A program made the translations under genes and the position numbers. The notes beneath the pieces were generated by a model. The model saw nothing but the letters and a program-made list of their open reading frames with translations, had not been told where the DNA came from and did not search any database. From positions 77,376,001-77,440,000 of the forward strand of contig NC_043003.1 of the NCBI RefSeq assembly GCF_006345805.1: 64,000 bases of DNA, read 5' to 3'. Of the stretch, positions 29,856 through 43,200 are shown in pieces (within the stretch, counting starts at the first letter, position 1; every line of letters begins with the position of its first letter). The DNA is from Octopus sinensis (lineage: Eukaryota).

Positions 29856-30277
29856 TGATATATAAATATACAAACACAAACACAGACAAACGAGCCTCTT
29901 CTAGTTTACCTCAGCAAAATTTCATTCACATGCAGATGATACTAGAAGTGTGCATACAGAAACCCAGAACCTAAGTGAACTTAGCCATATGGTCGTGCCA
30001 ATGCATATGTTTATACACACATGGGCAATCAGCTTAAGCATTCCCAAGAGCCACAAATTAGCTAGGACTAAATAAAAAAACATTTCTTCAGCTATATCTG
30101 CTTTATTGACTTTTGCCCCAACCTCATTTTGTAATTTCTCAGTTTTTGACCCTATCGAAAGTTTTGTCAGATTCATGTTAATTTTGACGAATCATAATTT
30201 CATGTGATTGAACAAATCTGGATTATTTTTCAAAAGAAAGTCGGAAAAAAACAGAAAAAAAACGGAGAGAGACTCAC

Positions 30278-30509
30278 ATCCAACAAAGGCCCCAACCCTC
30301 CCGAATACTACTAATCTGCAATGTTTAAACATGCATCTGATGAAATTGCATGATTTGGGGCGCACAAGATAATTGCAATAAAATCGTTTTGCACCATTTC
30401 TGATCTTTCCTATTCAGCCGCCCTGTTTCATCTATTACTCCCTTAGGGAACGAACAGTGGGACGAAGACTAATCTTACATAGTTGCCCCTATAAATTCCT
30501 TTCAGGACG
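30278..30509 (-). other. Candidate PTC-containing cassette exon in U2AF2 intron 1
   Basis: Branch-like CCTTGAC, acceptor ttctttccaccccttttgtctctgctctcttgtcag, donor GAT|GTGAGT. Reading from exon 1 is G|CG TCC TGA. Confidence 0.45.
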
Positions 30510-31120
30510 CTGACAAGAGAGCAGAGACAAAAGGGGTGGAAAGAAGTCTTTAGTTACGTCAAGGACATAACGATCCTCACAAGTGTTGGTGCAGCAATAA
30601 ATTGCACCCGGTACTCCCTGTAAAGTGGTTGGTAATAATGAAGGTCGTTTAGCCATAGAAACCAAGTTAAAAATTCAAACTTCGATTGAAGATCCATCAT
30701 GGAAAACAAACACCAATAAAGCGACGGAAATATTCACATTTGAAATTCATTTGCTATAATACACACACACATCCGAAATTTATATATATATATTATATTC
30801 ACATATCCACATTTGAAATTCATTACGTTAAATATATATGTATATATACGTTTGAAATTCGTGATTTGCAAACATAAAGAGCAGCAATATTAACAAATAA
30901 AAATTGAAAATTCACGAGTTTCGCGTTACCGCTTTTCGATATAATTAGACATGGCGAAAATTGGTATAACGCGAAAGCCTAAATGACGACGTTGTAAATT
31001 TAGCAGTTTTAATGGGAATTTATGTTACACGTTTTTCAAATCTAAAATAAAAAGATACAGAAAGAAACGTTATAAAAAAAAAATGAATATTAACAGACAC
31101 TTATGTGCATGCATGCACAC

Positions 31121-31195
<75 letters not shown>

Positions 31196-31209
31196 AGAGA
31201 GAGAGAGAG

Positions 31210-31241
<32 letters not shown>

Positions 31242-32071
31242 ATGGAGAGCAAGAGAGTTTTGAAAACCTTATGACGTCGTCTCTTCACACCGACATCTAC
31301 GGCGTAAACGAATATCGAAGGGATGCCTATATAATTAGATTTTAAGGTTTTATGGTCGGATTAAAAAAAAAAATACATGAAACATTTCTAAAATTTCGCT
31401 CTGAATTAAAATTTTCTTTATTTTAAACATAAAAGTTCTGAACACATTGCGCGCGTGCACGTGTGTGTGCATGAATGTGTATGTATGTGTGTGAGTATAT
31501 ATATATATATACACACACACACATATATATATATATAGTTCTCTATATATATATATTCCAGAAATGAGCTAGCGCAACTGCTGTTACCTGGTCGGTGGGA
31601 TTGATAAATATAGTATCTAAATTTGCCCTCAAAACTATTGGATAAAGGCAGATTGGATTGGATAATGCCGTCCTATAGACAATATGTCTGAATGAAAGGC
31701 GGCAGAATGATTTATAAGTGGAACATAATTCTTCCGCTCAGTTAGGTCTGACTTGGAAATTAGTTTAAAAACCATTCAAGACATGAATTTTCCAAGACAT
31801 TCTATTCATTTTTCTATATTTCTATGTGCAATATGTCCGTCTGTCTCTCTCATATATATATAAAGATTTAAATAGACACATACACACTCTATAGGAGAGC
31901 AATCACACACGCATGCATGCACAAACACATATATATTATATATATATATATATATACATACATGCACATATATACACACACACAACGCACATCACATAAA
32001 GACTTGAAGAGAGATAAAGACCACGCACGCACACACAAGCACAAATGTGTACATGGCCAAACAACGATTAC

Positions 32072-32129
32072 CTGCTGCCCGGTTTTCAGCGATCTGTCGT
32101 TCAAATTCGAGGTATTCTGCGTCTGTCAT
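32072..32129 (-). CDS. U2AF2: U2AF65 coding exon 1 (MTDAEYLEFERQIAENRAA + phase 1)
   Basis: ATG at 32129 (context acaacaATG) and donor CAG|GTAATC. Peptide resembles the human N-terminus MSDFDEFERQLNENKQ. Phase 1 matches exon 2. Confidence 0.9.
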
Positions 32130-32255
32130 TGTTGTGTTAGATTATTACTGATGTGATATATGTTTTTCAATGAAATAAAAATATCCTTCTTCACAATAAA
32201 CTATCTAATTAATATAACTTTAAGCAACAATAAATAGTTCAGTGATACAAAGTTA

Positions 32256-32382
32256 CAAAATGGCGTTAGCTCTAACTTATCATGATGGCCACTAGGTGGC
32301 GTCAAACACAATTCTTCAACGACCCGTCAGTTGTCTCCCCTCTAAAAAAAATACAGCGCTTTCCCTCCCGCCATCCAATCAG
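32256..32382 (-). promoter_or_regulatory. Probable U2AF2 promoter: YY1-type CAAAATGGCG (32256-32265), CTCF-like TGGCCACTAGGTGGCGTC (32286-32303), CCAATCAG (32375-32382)
   Basis: Motif matches clustered about 130-250 bp upstream of the start codon in a locally CpG-richer patch. No transcript evidence. Confidence 0.55.
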
Positions 32383-34179
32383 TGCGTTTGTACTTGGCAA
32401 TGCTAAACAGTGGAGTGTAATCGCCCTTAAAATTAGTTATTGTTTTATTCTTACAGAATTTATTATATGATGTAGTACTAGTTATACCATGTCTGAATTA
32501 ATGACGGGGTGAGACAACGAGGAGAGTCTTTATGTAGACATTTGTTCAATTATACATAGGACCCAAATCGACTCTGAAATCACACTTAGTGAATGGTACA
32601 TTAGATATGATTTTAAATATACTTAATATAAAGAAAAAAACAGGATTGTCACCATTTTTAATTGTATGTCTACCCAAACAACTGCACCTTCCCTCTCATC
32701 TCCTCAATATTTTTTTCTTAAATAATAGTTAAAATTTCAACTTCATTATCATCATCTTTAGGCCTGGCGTCAGAGCCTCTATGTGGTCGCTCGAAGTGCC
32801 TGAAATAACAGCTAATCTCACTCAACTTGAACCAAAATCATCTTAAACAGGGAAGGGATATGAGACAATGTATTCCAACATTCTACAAAAACGGGATGGT
32901 CGTGGCTAGAATAATTTTGATAATGATTTACTTAATCAAATTGACCCAGGGCTAAACATGAGGTTGCGGGAGGATTTGGAGTAAATTTTTTTATAGTATT
33001 TAGTTATATCCCTTAACATTCTGAGCTTAAATCCAGTCAAGATTGACTGATTTCTTCCTATGGCTCGACATTGTACCTTACTGCAACAAAAATTCGTGGT
33101 CAAGTGCCATGACAACAATGTTTACTGTCATCATTACAGACCTGAACGCTGAACGAAACACCTTTGATTATGTCCCTGTCCTTATTCCATCCAAACAGAA
33201 TTTTTTTTCCGTTTAATAACTCTGTGTCACATTTTTTTTTTTCTTTTTTTGTCATTGGTCAGTAAGTATTATTTCCTATTTGCTTCTATCAAGAAATCAA
33301 AGGAAATGTCTACTATTCCCTTCAATCTTTACTTGTGTCACCTGGACATCAATGTTTTGAAACTGACCTATTTTCCAATACATTTCAGCTCTGAGTTGTT
33401 GAAGCAGAAATGTCATTACAGCAAATATTCTGCTCAATACCACAGATTTGCTTGTCAGTTGATTGACCTTTGCCATTAGTGATTGACAATATGTGCATCT
33501 CTGATCATAAGCAGGAGTTGGGGGAGCATCATGGCCATGTGTTGATAAGGGATGCTTTGAGGTTTGAATAAATATAACAAAGTTTCAAGGAAATACTAGC
33601 CATTTTTCGCACTTTCTAGTGTTAAGTAAATAGTTGCTACACAAAGACAAAATTCGTGTTACATTGTAATCCTTTCAAATTTAAAGGTGGCTTACTGACA
33701 GAATCTTTATCACACCGGACAAAATGCTTACCGGCATTTCGCCAGTGTTTACGTTCTGAGTTTAAAATGTCGATAAGGTCGACTTAGCCTTTCAACCTTT
33801 CGGAATCGATAATATATTTACCAGTCAAATACTGGGAGTTGATGTAATCGACTTGCCCCCGTCCCACCTCATTTCAGGCCTTGTGCCTTCTACAGAAATA
33901 ATGCATTCAATTCTAGGTTAGGCAGTTACAAAGTTCGCTTTTCTGTCTTGAAATTCTAGTTTTGATTCCATTAGGTGGTGTCTTGGTGGTATAATTGGAT
34001 AGATGGAAAATATATGGAAATCCTTTAGATGTATTGTAATTCAAAGATCGAATTTTACCTTATATCGTGTTGGCCTGCGGATTACAATAAGAGTACACGT
34101 GTCTGTGAAACCCTTAACCACGTTACATGTTAATCTAAATATAGAATAGGCAAGTTTAATTGCTCGAATGCTTATTGTC

Positions 34180-34218
<39 letters not shown>

Positions 34219-34221
34219 ATA

Positions 34222-35405
34222 TCGGGGTTGGACAAAATAATGGAAACGCCTTAAAATTTCAAATTTATTTTAATATGGGATAGGACCGCCTTTGGCAGTA
34301 ATTACAGTTTGAATTCTACGAGATATGGACACGTACAAAGTTTGAATTGTTTCCAAAGAAATTTTTGTCCATTCTTCAGCTAAACCAGTCACCAGTTCTT
34401 GTAGTGGTGATGGTGGAGGATATCGACTCCTTGTTTTTCTAAAATGCACCATAAACGTTCAATAATATTGAGATCTGGGGACTGTGGTGGCCAGATAAGA
34501 TGTTCAACTTCACTAGAATGTTCCTTGTGCCATTCGGTAACGACTTTAGCTGTGTGAATTGATGCATTATCATCCTGAGCGATTGCGTTTCCCTCCGGAA
34601 ACGGTTCCGCAACCATAGGATGAATTTGATCAGTTAAAATGCTTAAATAGTCTTGACTATTAATTCTGCCACGAAGGGAAACCATTGGGCCGGCGGATTT
34701 CCAAGATATAGCCCTCCACCTCCACAGATCCTCCTCCATGTTTAACAGTTGGAAGAAGGCAGTCTGGGTCAATTGCTTCTCGTCCGAGAAAATTATATTC
34801 TTCCACTGCTCTCGGGACCAATCCAATTCTGTAGGTTTTTACTCCACTCTAAATACTTTGCAGCGTTTGTTTTTGAAAGTAGTGGTTTTCTGATTGCAGC
34901 CCTCCCGTGAAATCCGATTTTGTGCAGCTCCCAGCGAACAGTTTTTGTGGAAACTGGGTTCTCGAGGTGGTCATTAAGCTCTGCAGTAATTTTGGAAGCT
35001 GTACTTCTGTGATCCTTTCTAACAATTCGCGTAAGAGTCCGACGGTCCCTATCTGAAAGTTTTAGTTTTCTTCCGGAGTTTTGTTTCGATAAGGTTTTTC
35101 CCTCTTTCTCAAAGGCTGTTATTACTTTCGAGACAATACTTCTATATTCACCAAATATTTCGGCTGTTTTCGTTACGCTAACGCCTGCCATACGAGCACC
35201 AACAATTTGGCCTCTTTGAAAGTCCGATAGATCTGTCATTTTAATGAATTTTAATTACCTTTTGCTGATGATATCTGAAAAGAAACAGCAATTTTAGAAA
35301 AATATGTTAAGCAACACTAATGATAAATCAAAGAAACATAAAAATAAACAAGCTTTTGACGGTTTTATAGATATTTCAAGATTATGATGCTAGGTGTTTC
35401 CATTA
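34222..35405 (-). mobile_element. Tc1-family (DD34E) DNA transposon with frameshifted transposase
   Basis: HTH start MTDLSDFQRGQIVGAR, and FSDEK, QDDNASIH and WPPQSPDLNIIE motifs spread over three frames. TIR cggggttggacaaaataatggaaacgcc at left, remnant ggtgtttccatta at right. Confidence 0.92.
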
Positions 35406-36658
35406 CGTATAGATCAACTCCAATGTTTAACTTCATCAACTTCGGAGAAATGAAATGCAAACGTAAAAGTCGTACTCAAATAAAGACACGAAAGGATGAA
35501 AGGCAAAGTCGACCTCAGTGGAATTTGAACTCAGAACGTAGCGGCAGACGAAATCCCGCTAAGAATTTCGCCCGGCGTGCTAACGATTCTGCCAGCTCGT
35601 CGCCTTCAAAGAACTGCATTTCTTGTAAAGAATAGTGGGCTTCCAGGAGAGATGGAAGTTTTTCCGACAAGAGAATACGCGATCCATTTTAGTGCATTTG
35701 ATTAGTTGACCGTGTAATATGGCACAATTGTTTAGGGGACAATTTGCACCTAAAATCTAAGCAATCAGAACAAAGGTTACAACCTGGTCTTTATAGCTAA
35801 GTGTTTTCTGCTACGTCCAAACAACATCTATAAATCAAAGGGAGAGAGAATAATTTGCTTTCTTTTACTTTGTCAATCCGCTAGGTAACTGGTCAGACAC
35901 CACGACTGAACTACAATAATTTCATTTGATCGGCCTATCTGCGTGAAGCCGTCGCATGGTTCAATCTTCTACAATCTCCTTGTCCCTTATAAAAGAGCCG
36001 CTTATGGCGAATACACTCTTTACAGAGCGTAGCGTTGAGAGCGGCCGACTCATTCACACATCTCACCTCTTGCCAGGTAGTATGTTAAGACAGCTGAGTG
36101 ACATGTGTCTCCATTCTTTCCACACCAGATGATCTATTAAGACACCAAAACAGATGGCTAAGATATATGACCAAGAACTTCTGTCACCATGAAGATAGCA
36201 CAATTGTTTTCAGATATGTTGGGTAAACCGCATTTTGCCGTACCAGTAGCCTCTGTAATCTCACAGCAGTAACTCTCTCCCAGTCTGTAATTACTACTGT
36301 TGTTAACTATAAAATGCCAACGCAGATTGTCTTTACGAGCGACAATAAATTCCTCTGATAGATATTTAGGTGTATTGTTCAATTATTCTTCACGCAGCCA
36401 AGGAACATATTTTCATTCATTAACTAAACCAGCTACCATAGCGGCATTGACGAAACACCAGCGACTAATATTATAATCATCTTAATAAATGGCCATTTTA
36501 ATAATCAATCAGCTATTGTTCCTCAATAATTTCTCCGCTGCATTGTGAGATTAAAACTTCACCGCCGTTGCAGTCAATTATTTAATTATTGGAACAATGG
36601 ACAATATAATCAATAGTGAACTATACAAAATACCTCGTAATATCCATTTACGTTCAAA

Positions 36659-36875
36659 GGGCAGCGAGCTGACAGAATCGTTAGCACTCCGGGCGACATG
36701 CTTAGCGGCAATTCGTCCGTTTTCACGTTCTGAATTCAAATTCCGCCGAGGTCGGCTTTGTCTTCCATCCTTTTGAGGTCGATAACATTAGTACCAGTTA
36801 AACACTGGAGTCGATGCAATCGACTTACCTTCTCCCCCGAAAATGTTGGCCTTGTGTCCTAATTTGAAATCAATA
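36659..36875 (+). mobile_element. tRNA-derived SINE family C (other copies near 13645-14430, 33714-33895, 35488-35607, 38430-38630, 39195-39441, 42325-42720, 57846-58200, 60525-61141)
   Basis: ggc.gcgagctg.cagaatcgttagc...gagttcaaattccgccgaggtcg... recurs in all copies. Confidence 0.85.
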
Positions 36876-37542
36876 TTCATTTATATTCAGAGTTCAAATA
36901 ATTCCAAAGCCCTCATTACTTATTATCTTCCTATAATCGCTAAAATATCTAGCAGGCGTGCTGTTTATCATTTTATCGACTCTGTTCAAGACCAAAATAT
37001 TTGTTGGACGATGGACAGCAGCCAGATCAAGGCCATTTTCATCATTTCCCAAGTTGGTGTAATTTGCCCATGCAAAATGTCAGCAATGCCTATGCAAAAT
37101 CTTACGTCCAGTAAAGCTTGCAGAACACTTAATAGACTCTTTCCATCATATTGATATGATCCAGAGACAAACTGAGACACGATGTCTAGCGCCAATACGG
37201 GTCTCAGGCTCAAGGACGCGGTCGTGTCATGATATCAAGCGCAGACTAAAGATCCCCAAAATGTCCAATGCCATTCTCTGTATATCCGTTTTTATATCAG
37301 TGACCTTTTTCTGGAGACAAATCTCAAGGGTACCACATTTCCAGTGGTCTTACTGCACGTCGAACACTATCATGGATTCATTTGTCTTTTTAACAGGTTT
37401 TCATCCTACTGGCTGTCTAACAAATCTCATCAGACTAACCTAGTGGGAATGCCAGTTTAGTCGCTGACGACCCGACTATGCAACAGGTTGTACTGAATTT
37501 CATGTTACCAGTGGCATTCATGACAGACCTCACAAGTAATCT

Positions 37543-37748
37543 GAGGGGTGCTGAAAAGTTCCTGGTTTTAAGGATTTCGCGAAAGGCCTGGTCGGAGACC
37601 CAAATTCCGAGTTCTTTTGTAGGGCTTAGAAAAACTGAAGAACCGCTGCGATAAGTATGTGAATCTGAGAGGGAAATACGTCCAATAAAATCATAGTTAA
37701 CTGATCCTCCTGTATTTTACCCAAAGCCAGGAACTTTTCAGAACCCCT
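37543..37748. mobile_element. Mariner-type MITE
   Basis: TIRs gaggggtgctgaaaagttcctggtttt and aaagccaggaacttttcagaacccct. Confidence 0.8.
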
Positions 37749-37939
37749 TTGTGTGTGTGTGCGTGTGTGTTACAACAAAAATCTTAATTTGGGACATAGA
37801 GTTACCAAAGGTTTCGTATCCACAAAACCAGAGCCTTGTAGACAGCTCGTCAGACTATATACATATATATACCGGAGTAAACACATAAATGTGAAACAAG
37901 GTGGAAAGAAGAGTACTCAAATACCAGTGGTAGAGTAAT

Positions 37940-38104
37940 ATGCTTTATTTAAAGCAGCAGAAAATTCGACAAAACCTGTTACTCTAAGTTTCACGTTCCC
38001 GTTCGTCGGACAGTTTTTGCTAGAATTCTAGCAAAAACTGTCCGACGAACGTGAAACTCAGAGTAACAGGTTTTGTTGAATTTTCTGCTGCTTTAAATAA
38101 AGTA
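37940..38104. repeat. Spacerless inverted repeat centred on GAATTC (38023-38028), probably Penelope-like-element derived
   Basis: Arms are reverse complements apart from a 6-nt deletion and a few substitutions. Confidence 0.9.
37970..38019 (-). ncRNA. Type I hammerhead ribozyme motif (U4C variant) in a fold-back palindrome
   Basis: Minus strand reads CAAAAACTGT CCGACGA ACG-GGAA-CGT GAAAC TTAGA GTA ACAGGTTTTG. Stems I (9 of 10 pairs), II and III form, with a GUA triplet. Confidence 0.7.
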
Positions 38105-40103
38105 TATATATATATATAGTCTTTTATTCTTTTCTATGTTTCAGCCCTATGGTTGTGGCCATGCTGGGGCATCGATACATGTTTATTTCTTCAAACACTA
38201 TTTCAGTTGGATATGATAAGGAAAGAATAAAAACCATAATGTTTTTTATAAGATTATTCTATAAAACTGCAATGTTAGTTGTTGGTGAGGCTTAGATCAG
38301 CAAAAATTAAGCAGATCATTATGATCAAAGTTTTCCAGTCGAAATTATACTGTCTTTTTGAACGTCAAGAATGATATTATTCAACTTATATTTTTTATAG
38401 GGTGTAGAGTATAATTCTTTCTAATTTTAGCACAAGGCCAGTAATATGAGAAGAAGCAGTAAGTCGATTACACCGACACTACTTCTTGACTGGTATGTTT
38501 GTTTCATTGACTCCTAAAAGATGGAAGGCAAAGTTCACGTCGGCAGTATCTGAACTCAGAACGTAAACCGGAAGATTTGCCGCTAAGTATTTTGCCAAAC
38601 GCGAAAACAATTCTGTTAGCACGCTACCTTAGAGTAAAGTATAATATGAGGGAGATGTTGCTGGTATTTCCAGCGTGTCTAGTACACACGTTTGCTTGTG
38701 TGCTGATATTTTCGTCAGGTTAAGTGTGCAATAGGGTTTATTCAGCGCCTTGACCCAAAATACATTATTTTTACACTCCTTGTCTGTTCTTCAATCTTAG
38801 TAATGGGATATGCTGCAAATCTCAAGTTATAGGATACTCTGCACAACCCCAGTAATGATTTAATCTTAATCTATAACCATCACCGCCCATTGTTTTGGTT
38901 TTAATAATCCTCCTTGACAAACGAAATAAAAGCTAATTTTTTTTAAAAATTAATAAATGAAATTACTAAACCCTTTTAAGTACATAACCGTCTGCAGAGA
39001 GCAATGCCACTTAGAAACAATAAAATATAAGTACAATTTTTGTGAGGTGTGGTGGTAATTTTTGTACAAGGAAAAATAACTATATCAAAGTTTTCCCCTA
39101 GTTTATAACAAAAATAAAATACTATCGTTTTATGTTCTGCAATATATTTATTGATTCATCGATTATTCGTGTAAGGAAGAAAAGCAACTGAAAATTATTT
39201 CATATCCTTTATTTCTTTATTGCCCACAAGAGGTTAAACATAGAGGGGACATACAAGGACAGACAAAGGGATTAAGTCGATTATATCGACCCCAGTGCGT
39301 AACTGGTCCTTAATCTTTCGACCCCGAAAGGGTGAAAGGCAAAGTCGACCATGGCGGAATTTGAACTCAGAACGTAACGGTAGACGAAATACGGCTACGC
39401 ATTTCGCCCGGCGTGCTAACGTTTCTGCCAGCTCGCCGCCTTTTTATTATTTCATATCCTTTATTTCTTTTAATTATCATAATAAGCAAGTGACTAAAAA
39501 CTACATTACATTATTCAAGAAAGCGGCCATCAGGAAAAAATCGTTACAGCGTAGGGAAAAATGCATTGCATTAATTGTTCCGGCTCGCTACATACTGAGT
39601 TCAAATCTCGCAGAAAAAATAAACTTTGCTTTTCGTCTATCCAGGGTCGATAAAATAAAGTACTCCTCGCATACTTTATCATAATCGACTAACCTCCGAT
39701 TCGCTAAAATTGTCCGCCTGGTGCCGAAATTTGAACCATCAAATATAATTTAATTTTATATTAATCCTTTTCATTTCAAGTTAGAGAAAATGGTAAAGAG
39801 AAAACAAGGCGGTTGAATCATTTCGAGAGTTTTAAAGAAATAATCTGAACATGGAGTGGACGGATAGAATTCCTGGAGTGCTATATCTGTCGAAAATTAT
39901 TTTGTAAACACAGAGGATTAATAAACTGAAGAAATTTGAATAAACAGCACGGGATTATATTATATAAACAACAGTTGTAAAAACATTTCTAGTCACAAAG
40001 ATGTAGAAGAGTTCATATCTAAACAAAATATTCATTAGCAAAAAACAGGAAAAAATGCTAAGGAATAATATAAAAGATACTTATGGTATAATATATGTAT
40101 GTG

Positions 40104-40299
40104 GGTACTACTTAAGGCGAGTGGTCCCGGTGCGCGCACTCGCGTACTCGCGCATCTGCGCTAGCTAGTCGTGACTAGTTGATCCTACAACGACTACCTA
40201 GCAAAGTAAATAAAACACAAAGTAAGGATCGACTAGTCACGACTAGCTAGCGCGTATGCACGAGTGCGCGCACCGAGACCACTCTTCTTAAGTAGCACC
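40104..40299. mobile_element. CpG-rich long-TIR MITE, possibly Mutator-type
   Basis: About 80-bp imperfect inverted arms starting ggtactacttaag, flanked by the 9-bp direct repeat ATGTATGTG. Confidence 0.65.
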
Positions 40300-43200
40300 A
40301 TGTATGTGTGTGTGTATGTGCGTGTATATGTGAAAGAGAGAGAAAGAGAGGAGGCGTAATTTTTTCCCCTTTGTGTATATACGTCAGTATGTATATGCCT
40401 GTGTAGGAGCTTGTTCTCAATATCAAACCAACGATATGTGCAAGTAAGAGCATATTTCTTCAACTGCGTGTATGTGAGATTATATGCAGACCTCCAACAA
40501 GCTCTTTGGATTGCTTAACGTGAGTTTGTATGTCTGTGTTAGAACGTGTTCTTTGCAGTCTGTAGTCAACACCTTGCCGTGTGAATGGGAACATACTTCT
40601 CATACAGGGTTTTGAGAGAGTGCGTGAGAGAATATAGTTTCTGTCAAGCAGTTGATATAAGGTGACCAACTCAACAACAATCTCAGTTTTGCTTCTAAAA
40701 TAAATGTTTTTTTCAATGTGACATAGAGTGTAAAGCAAAAAAAAAAAAAAAAAAATGTGCATACCAAAAGGAAACATTTAGATAGGAAGAAAATAGCTGC
40801 TAATCGTTTTCCTAAAACGTTTTCAACTCCATCCACATAACAGGAATTGATGATGATTAAAATTCAATATTTCTTACATTAGGAAGGGCATCTAACCCTA
40901 GAGACATGCCAAAGCAGATGGTTAAGCTTGGCGCAACCTTATGATTTGCCAGCTACTGTCAATCCCATGCCATCACAGAAAATAAGCATTAATTGATGAT
41001 GATGATGACAATGATGGTGATGATGATGATGCAAAAATGCCCACAAGATACTTTCATTCTTTTAGAGAAATTTCTTACAAAGAGACATTAAATACTCTCC
41101 AGTTTCTTACTTGTAGTTATCAGTGTTAACTGTTTCAGTCTGATCAATTTTGTGAGGGATGTAAAAATCATGAACTCACTCCCTTCTTTCTGACTGAACA
41201 AATCAACAACAAAATTTTTAAATGGAAGCATATTTATAACTGGAGCTCCAGAAGAGCAGTATTAATTGAGTTTTATAATTGTTTAGATGTTCCAAGACCG
41301 ATGCCAATAACTGGTCAGAAAGTATTGGTTGTTTTTAGTTCTTGGTCAAACTGTCCAGAGACTAGCATCAATTTGTTTATTTAGTCAAAATATCAAGACA
41401 CTAGTAACATTGCTTTAACCCTTTAGTGTTTAAACTGGCCAAATCCGGCCCAATATATTCTACATGTTTTATATTCAAACTGGCGATGTCTAGCCTCTCA
41501 CACCTAACCTACAATGCCATTCTAAAAATAAGTAATCACATCATTGAAACCTCAAAGCTGTAAGATGATCCAGGATTAATTCCAAACAATTTGAGTGAAA
41601 AAGTATTACATTTAACCGAGTATTTCTGAACACTAAAGGGTTAATTTGGAACAGGAACCCAAGCCAAGATTCAAAATCTGATTCAAACTGTTGGTTCACT
41701 GATCATTAATCTTGGCAAATCAGTTAATTAATGTTTTCATTGATCTATTGCAGCATGGCAATATTGAAAATTATTTGTTCACTATTTTTCAATCGTTCAG
41801 CAGTGTCTGTTAGACCTCCCTTGACCCTACAGTTCATAACTCACCCTTCTAACTTCTAACACAAAATAGATAAAACTGATAGTTGGTGTCAGATATCAGA
41901 ACAAAACATTTTATGGCTGACTTTGGCCAGCAACTGCAGAGCATTGTTGCGCCAGACACTGCCATAGTAAACACTATCATCATTGCCATCAACAAAAACC
42001 ATCAACGCCATGTCCTAAATGGATACATGCATCTTTACCTCTTCGCAAAACTTCTGTCCTCAACTAAGCTGTCACAAATGTAAACCTACTTTTAACAGTT
42101 AAAACACACTGCTAATAGTCACATATGTGCTTTTATCCTCACACAAGCACTTACATAATCATGACACACTGTGTTTACAAGTAAATAAAATATTTTCATA
42201 TCTCAGAGAAGAATTGTTAACTTTTCCATTCAAAATATACTTTGCTTCCATCACTTCTCACACATACATACTGCAAATGCTAACAAACCAGTTGGTCAGA
42301 ACATCAGGATCATTATTTAGTCAAGGTGGCGAGCTGGCAGAATTGTTAGCATGCTGGGCAAAATGCTTAGCGGTATTTCATTTGCCATTACGTTCTGAGT
42401 TCAAATTCCACCGAGGTCGACTTTGCCTTTCATCCTTTCGAGGTCAATAAATTAAGTACCAGTTACACACTGGGGTCGATGTAATCGACTTAATCCATGT
42501 GTCTGTCCTTCTTTGTCCCCTCTGTGTTTAGCCCCTTGTGAGTAGTAAAGAAATAGGTATTTCACCCATCACTGCATTCTGAGTTCAAATGCCGTGGAGG
42601 TCGACTTTGCCTTTCATTCTTTTTGGTTCAATAAAATAAGTACCAGTTGAACACTGGGGTCAATGTAATTGACTCATCCCTACCTCCCCCAAGCTGCTCT
42701 TGTGACAAAAATTTGAAATAATTATTAAGTATTTTTCAAATGAGCATCATTAAAATTTAGTTAGAATGTCAAGAGGTGAGAATCATTATCAATTAATTTA
42801 TCAGAAAGTCAAATGACCAGTATTATTAACTGGGCAGAATATCAAGCAACCGAAATCATTGCTTTAAGTAACAGGTCAGAATGTAGGTTCAGTAAAGTAC
42901 TTAGCTTGGAGTCTCTGGGTTATAATTCACAACTGCTTTTGTTATCTTGCAGTGACGACTTCAATTTCCTGTGTAGGGTGTAACTTGAAGAATGAGCTGT
43001 ATCAGAGATACCTGCTTCAAACTGTACACCACAACACAACGTTTTCAGTATTGCATCTATGAAGAGTTGTATAAGAGTGTCCAGTCATCGTCGTCGTCTT
43101 CTTCTTCTTCTTCTTCTTCTTCTTCTTCTTCTTCTTCTTCTCTAGCAATTAGTGATATGTAAATTTGTGATGTTTGATGCAAATTTAGCGATTGTAGTCA

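Noticed and set aside
35260-35292. CTGATGA...GAAA inside the Tc1 element
   Set aside because: Hammerhead stems I and III and a cleavage triplet cannot be formed.
35988-36082. TATAAAAG followed by CAG|GTAGTA, a possible plus-strand promoter and first exon
   Set aside because: No downstream exons or ORF were found to support a gene.
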